64,000 bases of DNA from Eledone cirrhosa (lineage: Eukaryota). The translations under genes were made by a program, and so were the position numbers. How positions within the stretch are numbered: position 1 is the first letter of the stretch; every line of letters starts with the position of its first letter. Where the stretch lies: NCBI GenBank assembly GCA_964016885.1, contig OZ024740.1, positions 335,048,001-335,112,000 on the forward strand, given 5' to 3'. Positions 1 to 13,971 of the stretch are shown here, in pieces. Under the pieces are notes generated by a model. The model was not told where the DNA came from, did not search any database, and worked only from the letters and a program-made list of their open reading frames with translations.

Positions 1-376
1 AATAATGATAACATAGATAAAAATGTATAATGAAGAAAAGTGAGAAGAATAAGAAGATTAGAACTAAGTATAAAAATATGAGAGCAAAGAAGCAAATGGA
101 TGTTTATAACGGAAAGCGAAAAATATAGTAAATAAAAAAAATGCAAGTTGTAAATATGATGTGGCATAACCTTATCATTGGCAAGCAATATAGCTGCGAG
201 TGAACACCACATAATAATATGACAGCCACGTACATGAGCAATAGTTGATCATTGAAAATCAACGAAAATTGAGAATTTCATACTACACTTGGTAAATTTG
301 ATATGATACATCAACCATCATTGGCTCTAGAGAAATTATAGTCTTTCTTTCTCTCTTTTCCTACAACAGCGTTTTT

Positions 377-377
377 T

Positions 378-446
<69 letters not shown>

Positions 447-463
447 CAGTAGTAGTAGTAGTA
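377..463. repeat. (TAG)n microsatellite
   Basis: near-perfect trinucleotide run. Confidence 0.95.
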
Positions 464-3014
464 GTGTTGGTGGTGATGGTGTTTGACATATATGACTTTT
501 GGTTTACTCAGCAAGAAAATAAGATTGCCCATACGTATGTAGACACTAGGCTTCGTATACATCGCACAAAAATAATAGTCGTTAATCCATGCCTTCGGGA
601 AAATGCACTTACATATAGCTATATACATATATACAGAGAGAGAGCGAGATAGAGAGGGATGGGTAGAGGAAAAGGAAATACAGACGCAGAAAGAGAGAAG
701 GAGAGACAACCATAGCTACGTGTACACCGATAGAACGGTGTGTCGACTTGGATTCCTTTAGATCAAAGAGATGTCTTAGCCGTCCTTCAGAGATTAAGTA
801 ATAAGTACCAGATTGAAATATACGTAAGGATGTGGATATGATCAACGAAATAACTTAAACGTGATGATCATACATCGTCGCATTCTATTTGTTGAAACCA
901 TTGGAATTACAATCGAGGCAAAAGAAGAAAACATCCCCTTGATCGATACAAATTCTGTACCAATCTGATGCATTTATTGTTATTTGTTGTAGTTGTTATT
1001 AAACCTGAATTTAGTAAATGATTGAAAAGACTTCTGACCCCAAAAAGTAACACATTTTTTGTTAGATAAATGTATCCATGTCTATAATATCCAGTGTGTC
1101 CTTTCTGTGTCATGTTCCATTTAATGAGGTTTGGGATACTATTTCAATACGTATGATTGACTAAGTTGAATTAATGTTACTGGATCAATGGACAATATTC
1201 TTTCACTAATATAAGTGTGCGATGACATTCATTAAGTAAGGTAAATTATTGAAAATCTCTGAAAAGAAAATCTAAGAGCGTATGTAAGTTTATAGGGCAT
1301 TCTGGTTGCTTTATAAAATGCTAATTGACATCATGAGGTTTTCTTAAAACTATCAACCCTTCAAAATATTGTATGATTGTCATTCAGATTTGATTCACAT
1401 TACATAAAATTGCAGAGCATCCAATGAAACGTATATTCAACACACCCTATCAAATATATGAATATTTGCAGAATTCAGTGACCTACTGGGACTTGTTCAC
1501 TTAAGGTAAGTTTCATCTTAATTATTTTGTGAGAATAACTAAAACATAGGCTTGTTTGATCCCCTCGTATGTTCTTCATCACTGCTTCTTGTATATTTCT
1601 TCTTCTTTTGTTTACGTTTAAATTCTGTCTTCGGTTTTAATAAGCAACACTACTTCTTCTTTTACTCATTCTTGTTTTCGTTTCTCCCCCTCTCCTCTTT
1701 TTTCAAATAAACGCCCAAATCGTACTCTTCTTGCTCGCACACCACTAATTAGTACCTTATAGTATTGTCTCTGGTTTGGTGTATCAACACAATTGTTATA
1801 GCATCCCATAAGATTACTTGTGACGTGTGTTCCAGCTCTTAGCATTCTGAGTTCAAATTCCATTGCAATCATCTATGTCGTTCGTTCTTCTGGGCTTTAT
1901 AAACCAAAGTAACATAATTGATTTATCCGAATAAACCTTTGTTCATTTGCTACAAAAGGTTATTATTTTTTTCTCCGCCAATAAGAAGAAATATAAAAGA
2001 TTCTATCAGATCAATTACAATCATGTTAGTATTTCATGATCCTGAACACTCATTAATGCATATGTAAACATGACTTAGACCTATTTGAACAGTATTTATC
2101 ATAAAGCAGAAGATATCTACTTACCCATTTATTCCAGCATTCCGCCATCTAGTCCTACATTTCTCCTTCTTGCAAAACAAAACCTTAGTCTCTCCGACTG
2201 TAATTCATCTCGTTGTTTTTTTCTCTATTTTCACATTCCGATAGCCCCTCAATATCAAACCTCACGCACTGCCACTATTGACTTTATTCCTAAAATCTAT
2301 AAGATTAACACAACTGCTCAAACTAACTATACGCTAGTTGCCTTTTATTTCACATTGAGAACACCAATAATACTGCTGGAAGCTTTAACTAATATTTCCC
2401 CTCTTGCTTCACCAAATTACACTTCAGTGTGGACTCCCTTGCCGTCCTTCGGGGAAACGCCTTCTCCATTCTGTCTGCCGGGGCTGTGGGTGGGGCCCAT
2501 CGCGTACCGTTGTAGTTGTTGTAGAACAAACAGGAAGACAACAACTGCAATGCCTAATTATCTTTCATCAAGAATTCTAATTGTATTATTTTTCTCTCCT
2601 CCTAATTATCTTAGTAAACAAAACTATACTTTTATTTACTTGACATCACCCAGCTCTCGACTATCCTTCCTCGCATCATACTCACATTTCTATGCTTTTC
2701 ACTCTACCATCACCATACTCCCTGTTGCAGATATCATCGGGTATCATTATGCATTTCCCACTGCAAACACATACCTTTCTCTTTACATTTCCAATATCTT
2801 CTTCTTTAGTAACCCGCCATTGGTCCCCGATTCAATTTTTTTCGGAGAGTGGCAAATGTCTAAAGCTTTGTTTTTCACTCTTCTTGACGACATAACTTAT
2901 TTATTTTTTATTTCATATTTTATTCATTACAGCAAGTTTTCAAAACCTGCAGGAATTGGTAAGCAATGTTTGTTGAGTAATATGATAAAAAGGAAAGCTA
3001 AGAAAGAAACTTAC

Positions 3015-3213
3015 CTTGAAAAATTCTTCTGTTGAGCCAGATTTGATTGTCCCATATTGAATCTTCTTTTGTTCGACCAAATCTTTGGCAGAGTTAATTG
3101 GAGGAAGAAGTCGCTCAATGGTGAGGAAAGCCGCTAAATTAGCGGTGTAAGATGAAATAATGATCAATGTAAAAAACCACCATCCAGTACCGACTATCCG
3201 CCCGGATATGGAC
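3015..3213 (-). CDS. iGluR exon (M3 gate and start of S2)
   Basis: cag|G completes the CG|G Arg codon split from the previous exon; AAG|gtaagt donor; 199 nt; [35 protein letters not shown]...[14 protein letters not shown]. Confidence 0.97.
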
Positions 3214-5649
3214 CTGAAAATATAATAAATAGGAAACAGTTATTTTTTAAGTAACTCACACTTTGCAATTTGTTTGTAGCAGTTGTTATGGTTGTAGAAC
3301 CCTTTTTAGAGGTTAAATAATATGTGTGCAATAAAAATGAGTTAAAAATTAAATCTCGAAAATATGGGAAATCAAAGAAGTGTCAGCAGCTACATTCTGC
3401 ACAAGGCGATAATAATTCAGCTGCCCTCCACGAAGTATAAGTAAAAAATAGTATGTGTTATAGGGGAGATAAAGTTTTATTACTTACAGGTCATATTATG
3501 ATTCTATAAAGGCACTTGCATGGCTACAACTACGAGGCATAAGTAATTTTCGTAATTGTATAATGCACCTTATATATGTATATATATATGGGGGTGGTGT
3601 ATGTGTATGTGTATGTGTGTGTGCGTGTGTTTGTGTGTGAGTGTGTGTGTACATTCATTAACCATGTAAACTGGTGCAAGATATTGTAGTTGCTTCAATA
3701 GTTTACTGTTATATAACTAGTTAATATATTATACTCCGTTGTAAAAGACACATTCTCGTACCTACGTTAAGTTTATGACTTCATAACTTGACAGAATAAT
3801 TAACCCATTTGTAACCATAGTTCAAGCAAAAGTCACTCCCTTTCTATGTTTTTCAAATAATTTGGAAAATAATCTAGATTTTGAATCGATATAGTAATAT
3901 CTTTCGCAATTTTCAGTTTTTGTTTTACTCAACAAATTTCTTACATAGAATTATGATGTATGTTTTCTTTAGTTAGCAGCATATCTCTTAAAAGCATTAG
4001 TTCGCATGAAAGAATCAAGGGTGATTTGGGACAAACAATTTCAACGAATGCTATAAGACTGATAAGAAAACAAATTAATGTACCTGTATATTATAAGGTG
4101 TAATCTATCTGCCGACATCCACAGAACTTTAATTAATCAAGAGAGCTAACGAGTGCCGTTTTCAGTGTTTCAGTCTCTGAATATAGTTATTCAGTTACCA
4201 CTATACTAGCTTCACGATTGTCAGAGTTTATCCTGAACATACTGTCAATGTGTCAATGAGAAGTTCTTATAGCAGTCTACATCCTAGTTACGAACTCAGC
4301 CTAAATCTATCAAGGGAATACATGCATCACTGGTGAAAGCTGGTGGATCAATAGAATGAACTTGAGGATTATTTCATTAAGTTTTATGAATATGACTCCA
4401 TATTATTCTGTCAATATCGAACGATATTTATGAAGGGATGTATATTGTTATCACTCTAGCTAGCTGTTTCTGAACGGCCCAATAATAATAACTTATCGTT
4501 TTCTATATTATGGTCTACATTATTCAATGTACCGTTTAGTTAAGAAAATGGGATGATATTTAAAGAATATTTGGGTGCTATTTCTAGAAAGTTGAGCAAA
4601 CAGGCAGGGAGTTACACTCATTCGAAGTATAGTATGTTATGCTATCAATTAAGAAGGTTTTTAGAGAGAAAACGTACATCGAACCATTATGCATTCACAT
4701 AATAACGTCTACTTAAATTATCAGAACACACTTCTCCTCATGTTACACAACTTAATTATGCTTCATGAATATCACTCTGTTAATGTGTTTTATGAGGAAC
4801 AAATATTGGATTATATGTTATATTCACAATGAAAAAAATATTTCCAGGCAGCAAAGAGACTGGTATGCATTTGTCATTAATACAGTGGTTATTCACAATA
4901 AAAACAGAAATACAAATAGACTATAATTAGGAAAAGAATTACGAATAACGTCAAACAATGTTTAAATAAATATATTTATATCAAGAGATTTAATCACAAT
5001 TTCATTTTTAGCCTTCATTCATACGTATTCTTTAATATGTAATTTAATCCAAGATGGTTTGAAGTGAATATTTGATCATGATTTCTAGCGAATAGGATTG
5101 CATTCCGTAATTTGAATAAGAAAGTACGACAAATTGAAGTATTAAATGTTTAATATATTTCTGGAGTGAATGTATGATGCTAGTTGATAATATGGTTCAA
5201 TTACTATGAAATGCATACTAATATGCGTAATTTGTATACATACATACTGAATTTTTATAATGTTTATGTATAAAATAATTATGTACTTCAGTTGAAAAAT
5301 AAGACTACTGTTATCCATTTATATTGGTGAAATTTATATTTCCCTGTAACAATGATTCGACTTTATCGAGAAGATGATAAACTATCATTAAACATATTTC
5401 AAAATACGTGCAGGTTGTCCCACATGAACTGCATGCTGCGTAATGTATTGTCAAAAATTATTGTAGTCAACATTTTGCATTGTTTTCTGAATTCGTTTAT
5501 GAAAAACCAGGACAATTTCGAAAGAAATATATTATTATAAATACTGCAGACCACGTTTACATACTTAACTTAACAAATGCGCCTTTCCTGTAGCTCGTGT
5601 AAATTCTACATGTATGTGCACTACCCTTTACTCTTTTTCCTATAGTGTG

Positions 5650-6360
5650 GCTATGATGTCGTATTTCTCATGTATTTTTCAAGTATTTCAAATGCTTTCG
5701 AAAAGGAATTTACACAGCCCTTAAAGCACTGCCTGGGTTTGTGCACTGCGCTTCTTTCGCATTCTGTCACTTCATATAGATTTATATAGACAATTATAAA
5801 TTTGTTGCACCTAATGCTGAGGAAATGCAAATTATCATGGATTATCTTGTAAACAGATTCAGTATTAATTTGGGAAAGGCCATTGTTATGCTCCAGGCTT
5901 CCCCATAAATAAATAAAAAACACCTGAACCAATCTATGTTAGTTGAAGGAGCAAAATCAAAAGAAATAGATGTTTACGCCTTCGATGATGAAATATTTCT
6001 AAGGTTTCAGACACTCACTACTTGTTCAGGGCTTTTGTGCCTTGTGTCATTTCAAACATGCCATTAAATGGCTTCCAGGTATGGTTGTGTATTATGCGTG
6101 AATTGCCTTCTGTTCTTTAAGCTATCATGTAAACTTTCTCTTGTACTTTTATCAGAAACTTTTAAAAGTATATTCTGAATGCAGCGTAAAGTATATTCTG
6201 AATTCTGTTCTCCAGGGACTTCAGCCTCAGAGATGTTGAGGAGAGGCGAGATCGTGTACATTGAGACAATAGTACACAAGCGCGATTTACATTGGACCGG
6301 ATGTATTATTTGAATGATCTGAGGATCCCGAATATAATCCATGATAATTTGTATTTCTTC
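5650..6360 (-). mobile_element. highly decayed Tc1/mariner-like transposase remnant
   Basis: FFIYLWGSLE resembles the D(F/Y)FLWG.LK motif; a later helix CVNSFSKAFE resembles the transposase C-terminus; many stops. Confidence 0.35.
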
Positions 6361-7504
6361 AGCATTATGTGCAATAAAGTCATTATTATCTATATAAATC
6401 TACTTAAATAAGATTAAAAACACAGGACTGAAATATTTTGCGATCTGTTGCAAAACGCTGCAAATTTAAGAGGCGCCTATAATATAGTAGATCACACATA
6501 TTGAAAATGAGCAAACTGTGGAAAACGAACTTGTGAGAGTTACAGCCTCGGGTGAGGAAATAACACTTGGCGATATGATATCACACTGTTGGACACCATT
6601 CTCTGCAGGAATAAATCGCAACATGTGTTTATTTCATCGTGAAATGATTTTAATTGTTGATCTAAAGGAATCTGGAAAATCAGATTTGCTGACTGTTTTC
6701 TATCAGGATTTTCTATTCACATTATCAAACGTTTTTGTTTGATCAACGTAAACCTGAACAAGAATCGTGTTCTGCTCATAGCACTTTTCCTGTATTTGTA
6801 TTGCTATGTAAATCATACTTATTGTTCATCTATCAGGTTAGAAATCCCAGTGATATTCCGGAATGTTCTCAACTCCAAGGAGATACTAAACAGAAACGTA
6901 TCAAAAACTAATAGTATTACAATGCATGGTGGTCACATTTTATTCTAACCTTTCTTTCAAAAAGAGACAATTAAGTTGCATCTTTCCAGTTCCTGTTTCC
7001 TGCCTGAGTGATTGTTAGAGTTAGGACTTTATGCTCTTGTAATAAATAATAAACGATTTCATTGCTCAGTTAATAAGCCTGTGATATGTATTGTAATTTG
7101 TAGAGAGACAGACTTGCACCGCAATATAATTTTCATCAATTCTATCAATATGCCGGGGTGTATTATATTACAGTATTTCAGCAGCGTACCGGAAAAGCTG
7201 AACTCGAAAGTCTTCCAATGTTATCATACGTTTGACAGAGTTCTACAGATACCTCTTCACAGCAGAATCCCATACTACGCAGATTCATTGTTAGTTCTCT
7301 TCCATGTAAAATAAAACCTATACTTTCCTATATGCATGTTTATGCCTAAATACTTTCCATATATATATATATATGCGTGTGTGTGTGTATGTGTGTGTGT
7401 GTGTGTATGTGCGTGTATGTGTGTGTGTGTGTATATATATATGTGCGTGTGTGTGTGTGCGTGTGTGTGTGTAAATAAAAGGAAACAATATGAAATGTGA
7501 TGTT

Positions 7505-8045
<541 letters not shown>

Positions 8046-8294
8046 TATATATATATATATGTGTGTGTATGTGCGTGTGTATGTATATCTTGTTAGCTGC
8101 TGGGACACTGCATACTTTAAAACCTCCATACTTTCAGAAAATCGCCAACACTACACCTGATATTCCCCCTCCATTCACACGCATCTATCTGTGTGTATAT
8201 CATGACTGTTCACTTTTCTGACATCTGCACATCATTCTATGTAATATAAATGCACATTTCATGAGTGCACCTGAGCACTGTGCACATTAATTTC

Positions 8295-8334
<40 letters not shown>

Positions 8335-8336
<2 letters not shown>

Positions 8337-8520
8337 GACCCCCGACGGCAGAGCTCAAGCCGTTTCGTCGGCTATTTTTGTCCAGAAATAGCCGTCGAAA
8401 CAGCTTGAGCTCTGCCGTCGGAGTCATACTTTTTTCCTATTTCCCACTCTACTACCCTAAATATTGAGTACTCTGGTGCGTTATGGTCCACCAGGTTCCT
8501 TACCACAATTCCTTTGTTAT
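8335..8520 (+). mobile_element. fold-back PLE-tail fragment carrying the 3' half of a hammerhead (family also at 10930-11010, 22636-22684, 32733-33005)
   Basis: hairpin 8335-8427; GAAAC(A/G)GC-loop-GCCGTC stem III with GUC triplet; tail near-identical to 32923-33005. Confidence 0.7.
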
Positions 8521-8530
8521 ATATATATAC

Positions 8531-8617
<87 letters not shown>

Positions 8618-8875
8618 CTGTCAAATTGAAAATGTCTAAACGTGACGTCGTGATCAGTTTGAGAGGAGTGGATCTGTTGAGATGCTTTTTTTTAAATTAA
8701 ATGTCCCGTACTAGAAAGCCCTATAACGTTCAGTTTTATGTTTTCTCTTAAATATATGTATATACTTTTTTATATTTGGTATAAGTCCTTATATACAAGA
8801 TATTATTTTCATCAATTCAATCACTATGACAGTATTTCAGCAGTTTACTGGAAAGCCTGAACTCAAATCCAACCG

Positions 8876-9062
8876 CTAGGAGAGCCAGGATTTTACCTGA
8901 AGCAAGATGCTTGGATAACACCCATGAGCTTGGCTGCTCTCACTTGGGGATCCAGCTGATTCAGTTGGAGACCGTTGCTTCTGACAGGACCCACTGGGAA
9001 AAGTATTCGAGTACTCTGCCTCCACGACCCTCTCAGGAATAAGTGGGCGAACAAGAAGAAGA
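8876..9062 (+). mobile_element. RTE-clade LINE 3' end fragment
   Basis: translates to ...CLDNTHELGCSHLGIQLIQLETVASDRTHWEK...LPPRPSQE*, resembling the RTE/Expander ORF C-terminus; ends in short (GAA)n. Confidence 0.65.
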
Positions 9063-9076
9063 TATTCTATATACAT

Positions 9077-9111
<35 letters not shown>

Positions 9112-9112
9112 G

Positions 9113-9205
9113 TAATATTTGTTTCTACTTTTGGCACAAGGCCAGCAAGTACCCAGTGCGTTACTGGTACTTTATTTTATCGACCCCGTAAGGATGAAAG
9201 GCAAA
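9113..9205 (-). mobile_element. tRNA-derived SINE, 3' partial copy
   Basis: reverse complement of the 3' half of the SINE at 26358-26562. Confidence 0.85.
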
Positions 9206-9293
9206 TAGTAATTATCATAAATTTGAAGACTAAAGTCCAAAGAGGGCTCATTAAGGATAAATATATATCAAATATATAAGAACCGTAGAGCAA

Positions 9294-9498
9294 ATATTTA
9301 TTAAAATAGCAGATTAAAGATTAAGCAAACAATCGCTGCTTTCAATCTTAACGGGATCTTCTGAAATAAAAAAAATCAATCTGTTGGGGATCCAGCTGAT
9401 TCAGTTCACAGATTGATTTTTTTGGTTTCAGAAGATTCCGTTAAGGGTGAAATCAGCGATTCTTTGCTTAAACCTTAATCAGTTATTTTAATAAATAT
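9294..9498. repeat. diverged fold-back inverted repeat (~90 bp arms) with a captured 23-nt spacer
   Basis: 9294-9383 is an imperfect reverse complement of 9408-9498. Confidence 0.85.
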
Positions 9499-11040
9499 AT
9501 ATAATATATATGAAATAAACTAGGATTCTTATTGATATTTGAAATCTAAATGTCATAGAATATTGAACCTGGTGATATATGTACTTTGCGGTGTGGCAAA
9601 TCGGTATATAGTTTGTTGTGTTTCACTGACAGGTATAACAGTATTTTCAACACCATAAATTAAAGTTTAAGTTAATTCCAATATAAAAAAATAGAGCAAA
9701 TTTACAAAGATATTATCGAATAAGTAAATTTCACATTGAACATTTTCCCGTATATATATCTAAATATGCTGTACTTTAATCACTGTTTGATTAAGCAACG
9801 TGAGGCAAGAGGTATACTCACAGCAAAACTCCTATACCTACTACATGTTTGACTCTAGTATGAGAATTGATTTATTTCGTCATTAAATATTTGATATTTA
9901 ATTTCACACCACTAACATTAAAATGTGCACACACTCTAATATACCTATATATACATATACTGATATGCGAATGTATGATCTCCTATATTTCTGTGAATAT
10001 ATGTATGTTAGTGTACATGCGTGTGTGTTTTAGTAATACTTCTTATGCATTCTACTAAGCCTTTCGTGTAAGATGTTGCATATCACATTGCCTTCTTTTT
10101 AGATTGCTTTCGTTGTCAATATTTAACTGTTACAAGTTGACACTTGATATCGTCTATTGTGTTGCTAGGTAATATTTATCTTTTACTGGCATATCCATAA
10201 TATTGTCTTTCTTTGTTATCTGATTTATTATCACAAAGTCTGTCTGGTGACAAATATTAGCTCTTATGTGGCTGATCTTGTTGATTCCTTCGTTTAACTT
10301 ATTAATTAAAATATAATGGAAGTGGTGAATCTAGCCGGAACATTTGAGCTCTGGATAAATATGTTTCAGTATTTTGATTTGTTACTTTGTTGTAAAAGAA
10401 TTGGTGGACGGATATGATATGATTAGCCTAACAGTTAAAAGGTGCTGATTCTAAATATATATTGAAACATTTTGCCATGTAAACTTAACTCATAGTTTTG
10501 TTGATACAATTGCATAGCTCGATGTTACCGGACTAGGTCTTAATCTAGAGACTCATCTATATGGACAAATCTGATTTCTTTACATAACGCATGTATCATG
10601 CTATATGTATTCATAAAGATGTACACACATATATACACACGCACACATGTGTGTGTGTGTATATATGGGTGCCGCCTTCCTATGAACGAATCTCTATGGT
10701 GTGCGCAGAGGCCAATTATACACCCATGTAACATAGATTGCGTTGAGCAGTTTATGGGAAGCAAGATCTGAAAATTGCGTTGGCTTTTGTGGCTCTGGCA
10801 TTAAATCAATCTAAATAGCCCTTTATTATCTACTCCCGGCACCATAATCTTTACTGGCCGAATTGCTTTTCATTGGCTGGGCAACTGCTGCAATATTTAG
10901 CATCCTCCAGCCAAATACGACTGTAGCCCTTTCTTGTCAGATAACGGTCGATTATTTAGCTGTCGAAACGGCCGGAGCTCAGCCGTCGGGGTCCCGACAC
11001 TTTTCCTATATGTATATATATATATATACAAAGAGAGATT

Positions 11041-11141
<101 letters not shown>

Positions 11142-11754
11142 AGAGAATGGTGTGACTCATGCATTACTCAGAAGGGGATATTCAGTCCAGCATGTTGACT
11201 ACCTAACAATTAACTAATAGCTCTACTGACTTTGATATTATTATCTTATTAATCTCATGACGTATCCGTTATGAATTAAAGGCTTCCTTTTTGTAAAAAT
11301 AGATTATTATCTAATTTTTGGTAGATTTGGTTTTTGGCTGCAATTTCTACCAGGCAGTGCGTAGATGCCTTCTTGTTGGTTCGATACCTGTGTATGAATA
11401 ATCAGATCAATAAATGTGAGTGTATGTTTCTATGTGTATTAGGTGGTACTATACTGATCACATAATTACAGGAAATGTTTTGATCGGATAAACATGCAGA
11501 ACAGTTGAACATTCAGAAACATAAAATAGTAACTAGGTACACTTCAGACTTGCCTTTTAATATTTTCTTTACTATAACACAATCATCAAACTCTATGACT
11601 TCATGGAGTAAAACAGAAAGATGTTAATAACAACTAATTGGTAAACTTCTTACGGATTTTCCATGATATATCTAAGCTTATGTACTTCAGACATTATATA
11701 TAATAACTACTTAAATTATGTATATATAAGATGTATGTATGTATATATATATAT

Positions 11755-12359
11755 GTCTGGTGACTCTTGAGTGCTACTGGGAACATGTAACCCAGTACAA
11801 CCTGTCGCATGGTCGGGTCGTCGGCGACTAAACCGGCAACCTCACCAAGTACTTGGTGTGGAGGGTGATTTTGGACACCCTGCAGGGCAAAAAACAAAAC
11901 CTGATAAAGGGCGGAAGAAATCATAAGGGTCAACGGCCATCCAAAAGTGTGTAAATATGAATATATACATGTACATATGTATGTATATGTGTATATAGAT
12001 ACGTGCATGTGTATGTATATGCACAAGGACATAGAAATAGTCGGGCTAGACACCCGATTGGGCGGTTAAACCACTGGAAGTGAAGGACCCCTAGTCTTTC
12101 TCAGGGCATTATTCTAGGAGAAGGCAACTCAGGAAACTGGGATAACTCCGATATAAAACCTGCAGCTCAGTAGTTAACGTTGATGTTGATCTGTTCTTCT
12201 TTTCGGGGTATAGTTACTGTCGCTTAGATAGTGGGATTGGATCAGTGCACAGTCTTTCCTCACTTTAAAAAATATCTTCACGCACAGGCATTGCACGATA
12301 GAATTAATTAATAATTATTAATAATGCTATATCGTGCAATGGCCGTACTCGATAACGAG
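11755..12359 (+). mobile_element. non-autonomous RTE-related retroposon (~600 bp)
   Basis: 11905-12359 matches the reverse complement of 23055-23492; head 11807-11946 matches the reverse complement of 63860-64000; CTAGGAGAAGGCAACTC resembles RTE 5'UTRs. Confidence 0.7.
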
Positions 12360-12399
12360 TGCGTGAAAATATTATGCCTGTGCGTGAAGATATTTTTTA

Positions 12400-13360
12400 T
12401 ACTTCTCCGTGGCTCCTTCGTATTCTCTGATTCTGTCTCTTTGGTTGTAGCCAGAGAACTGTGGTTGATGAAGTGTTGGATGTATCTTTCCATTTCGGTA
12501 GGGTCGCACATGCGGGACACGTTTTTCATCACTCGTACCAAGTCTGCGATCAGAATATTAAACTTAGCACTACTGGACATTGCTGAGTTTTTGGAGGCCA
12601 TGGGTTTAGCGTAGTGTGAGTGGAGAATTTGGGCTCTCTCGTCTATAGTGTTAGTCAAGAGTTCTGTGTCTAATACAGGTAGTCTATTGTTAGGGTGTTT
12701 GGAAGGGTAGTCGATAGTTACAGTTATACTCTGGTGTATGGAATTAGCAATCTGCTGGATGCTTTCCATTGTGCTACGTTCTAAATCAAACTTGTTAGTA
12801 CTCTCTTGTGGGGATGTCTTTATTACTATATTGATGTCGTCTACGTAACGAGAGTACATGATGAGGTCTGTGGTTCTCTCATGAAGGAGAACTTTGAGTC
12901 TCCTTTCCCACCATACCATAAAAAGTTTGGCAACGTCACCAGTTATGCTGACGCCAATGGCTGCTCCCTCATTTTGGGTGTAGATCTTCACGTTGAATTT
13001 AAATATGAGGCCATTTAGGGTAGTTTTGATACTAGCCCCTATTGCATGTGCGACCATTTTTCTTAACTGATCATTGCGTTGGGGGTTCCGTATAGCTTTG
13101 GTCCACCCAATCCACCTTCCCCTGGGAGTCTTTTTGGCATGGAGAATATGGGTCTACTGGGGCAGAAACGTCTAAGGTCATGGCTGTCTGGGTAGTGAGT
13201 ATCATAGGTAAGTCTAAGTAGGAGGCCCAGTTCGTCTGTCTCGACGTCGCAGAACTCCACCTCGCTCTCAATGATCATCTCCACACATTTTTCCACACCA
13301 AATCAATGTTAATGGATGGGTACAGTGATACCACATCCATACTGCCTATTATGCAGTTGG
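12400..13360 (-). mobile_element. Penelope-like element reverse transcriptase fragment (frameshifted)
   Basis: motif A IGSMDVVSLYPSINID, motif B' YTQNEGAAIGVSITGDVAKLFM, motif C YSRYVDDI, motif E LPVLD, thumb HYAKPMAS; 5' end abuts (TA)n. Confidence 0.88.
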
Positions 13361-13783
13361 ATATATTATAATATATATATATATGACAACGCATTTGTTC
13401 TCCTTTAAAGTAATGTGTGTCTCTAAATAACGGCTAAGAATGTTTATCATAAACATAAATAATACATTTACACACACAAGCTACGATGAAAAAAGTAATT
13501 AAATCCATATCCTGGAATCGAACAGTATTCCACGGCATAGTTTACTACATTAAGTGTACCTAACAAATTTTCTTCATTAAATATATTGTACTTGAATGTC
13601 CTCTTTACCAGCGAAATTCGTGCGATATGATAAAAGAAAAGACAAATTATAGCGTGTCCAGTCAGTAAAGGTCTCTCTTTCCCATGATTGCTTCCCACTC
13701 TCTATCTTGAAATTGTGAGATTAGCCTCAACTGAATTATGTTTTTCCGCTTCGACGTTCTCTGTATATGATTATATATATATA

Positions 13784-13877
13784 CAGGGTGTCCCAAAAAT
13801 TGTATACACACTTCAACAGCATTCAAATAAATTTTGCCTGTAATCAATGTGTGTATATATTTTTGGTGGACACCATG
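13784..13877. mobile_element. Tc1/mariner-type MITE (94 bp)
   Basis: TA|CAGGGTGTCCCAAAAATTGTATACACAC ... GTGTGTATATATTTTTGGTGGACACCATG|TA: terminal inverted repeats with TA target duplication. Confidence 0.8.
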
Positions 13878-13888
13878 TATATATATAT

Positions 13889-13971
<83 letters not shown>

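Noticed and set aside
1-3014. Next receptor exon (rest of S2 and M4) or flip/flop-like duplicate exons
   Set aside because: No matching peptide or splice-bounded frame found; probably outside the window.
2085-3035. 316-aa plus-strand ORF
   Set aside because: No recognisable motif, non-ATG start, biased composition, antisense within a receptor intron; probably a chance open frame.
9425-9470. CAGAAGA...GAAA hammerhead-like motif in the 9294-9498 hairpin
   Set aside because: Both arms have CAGA rather than CUGA and no stem I; at best a relic.
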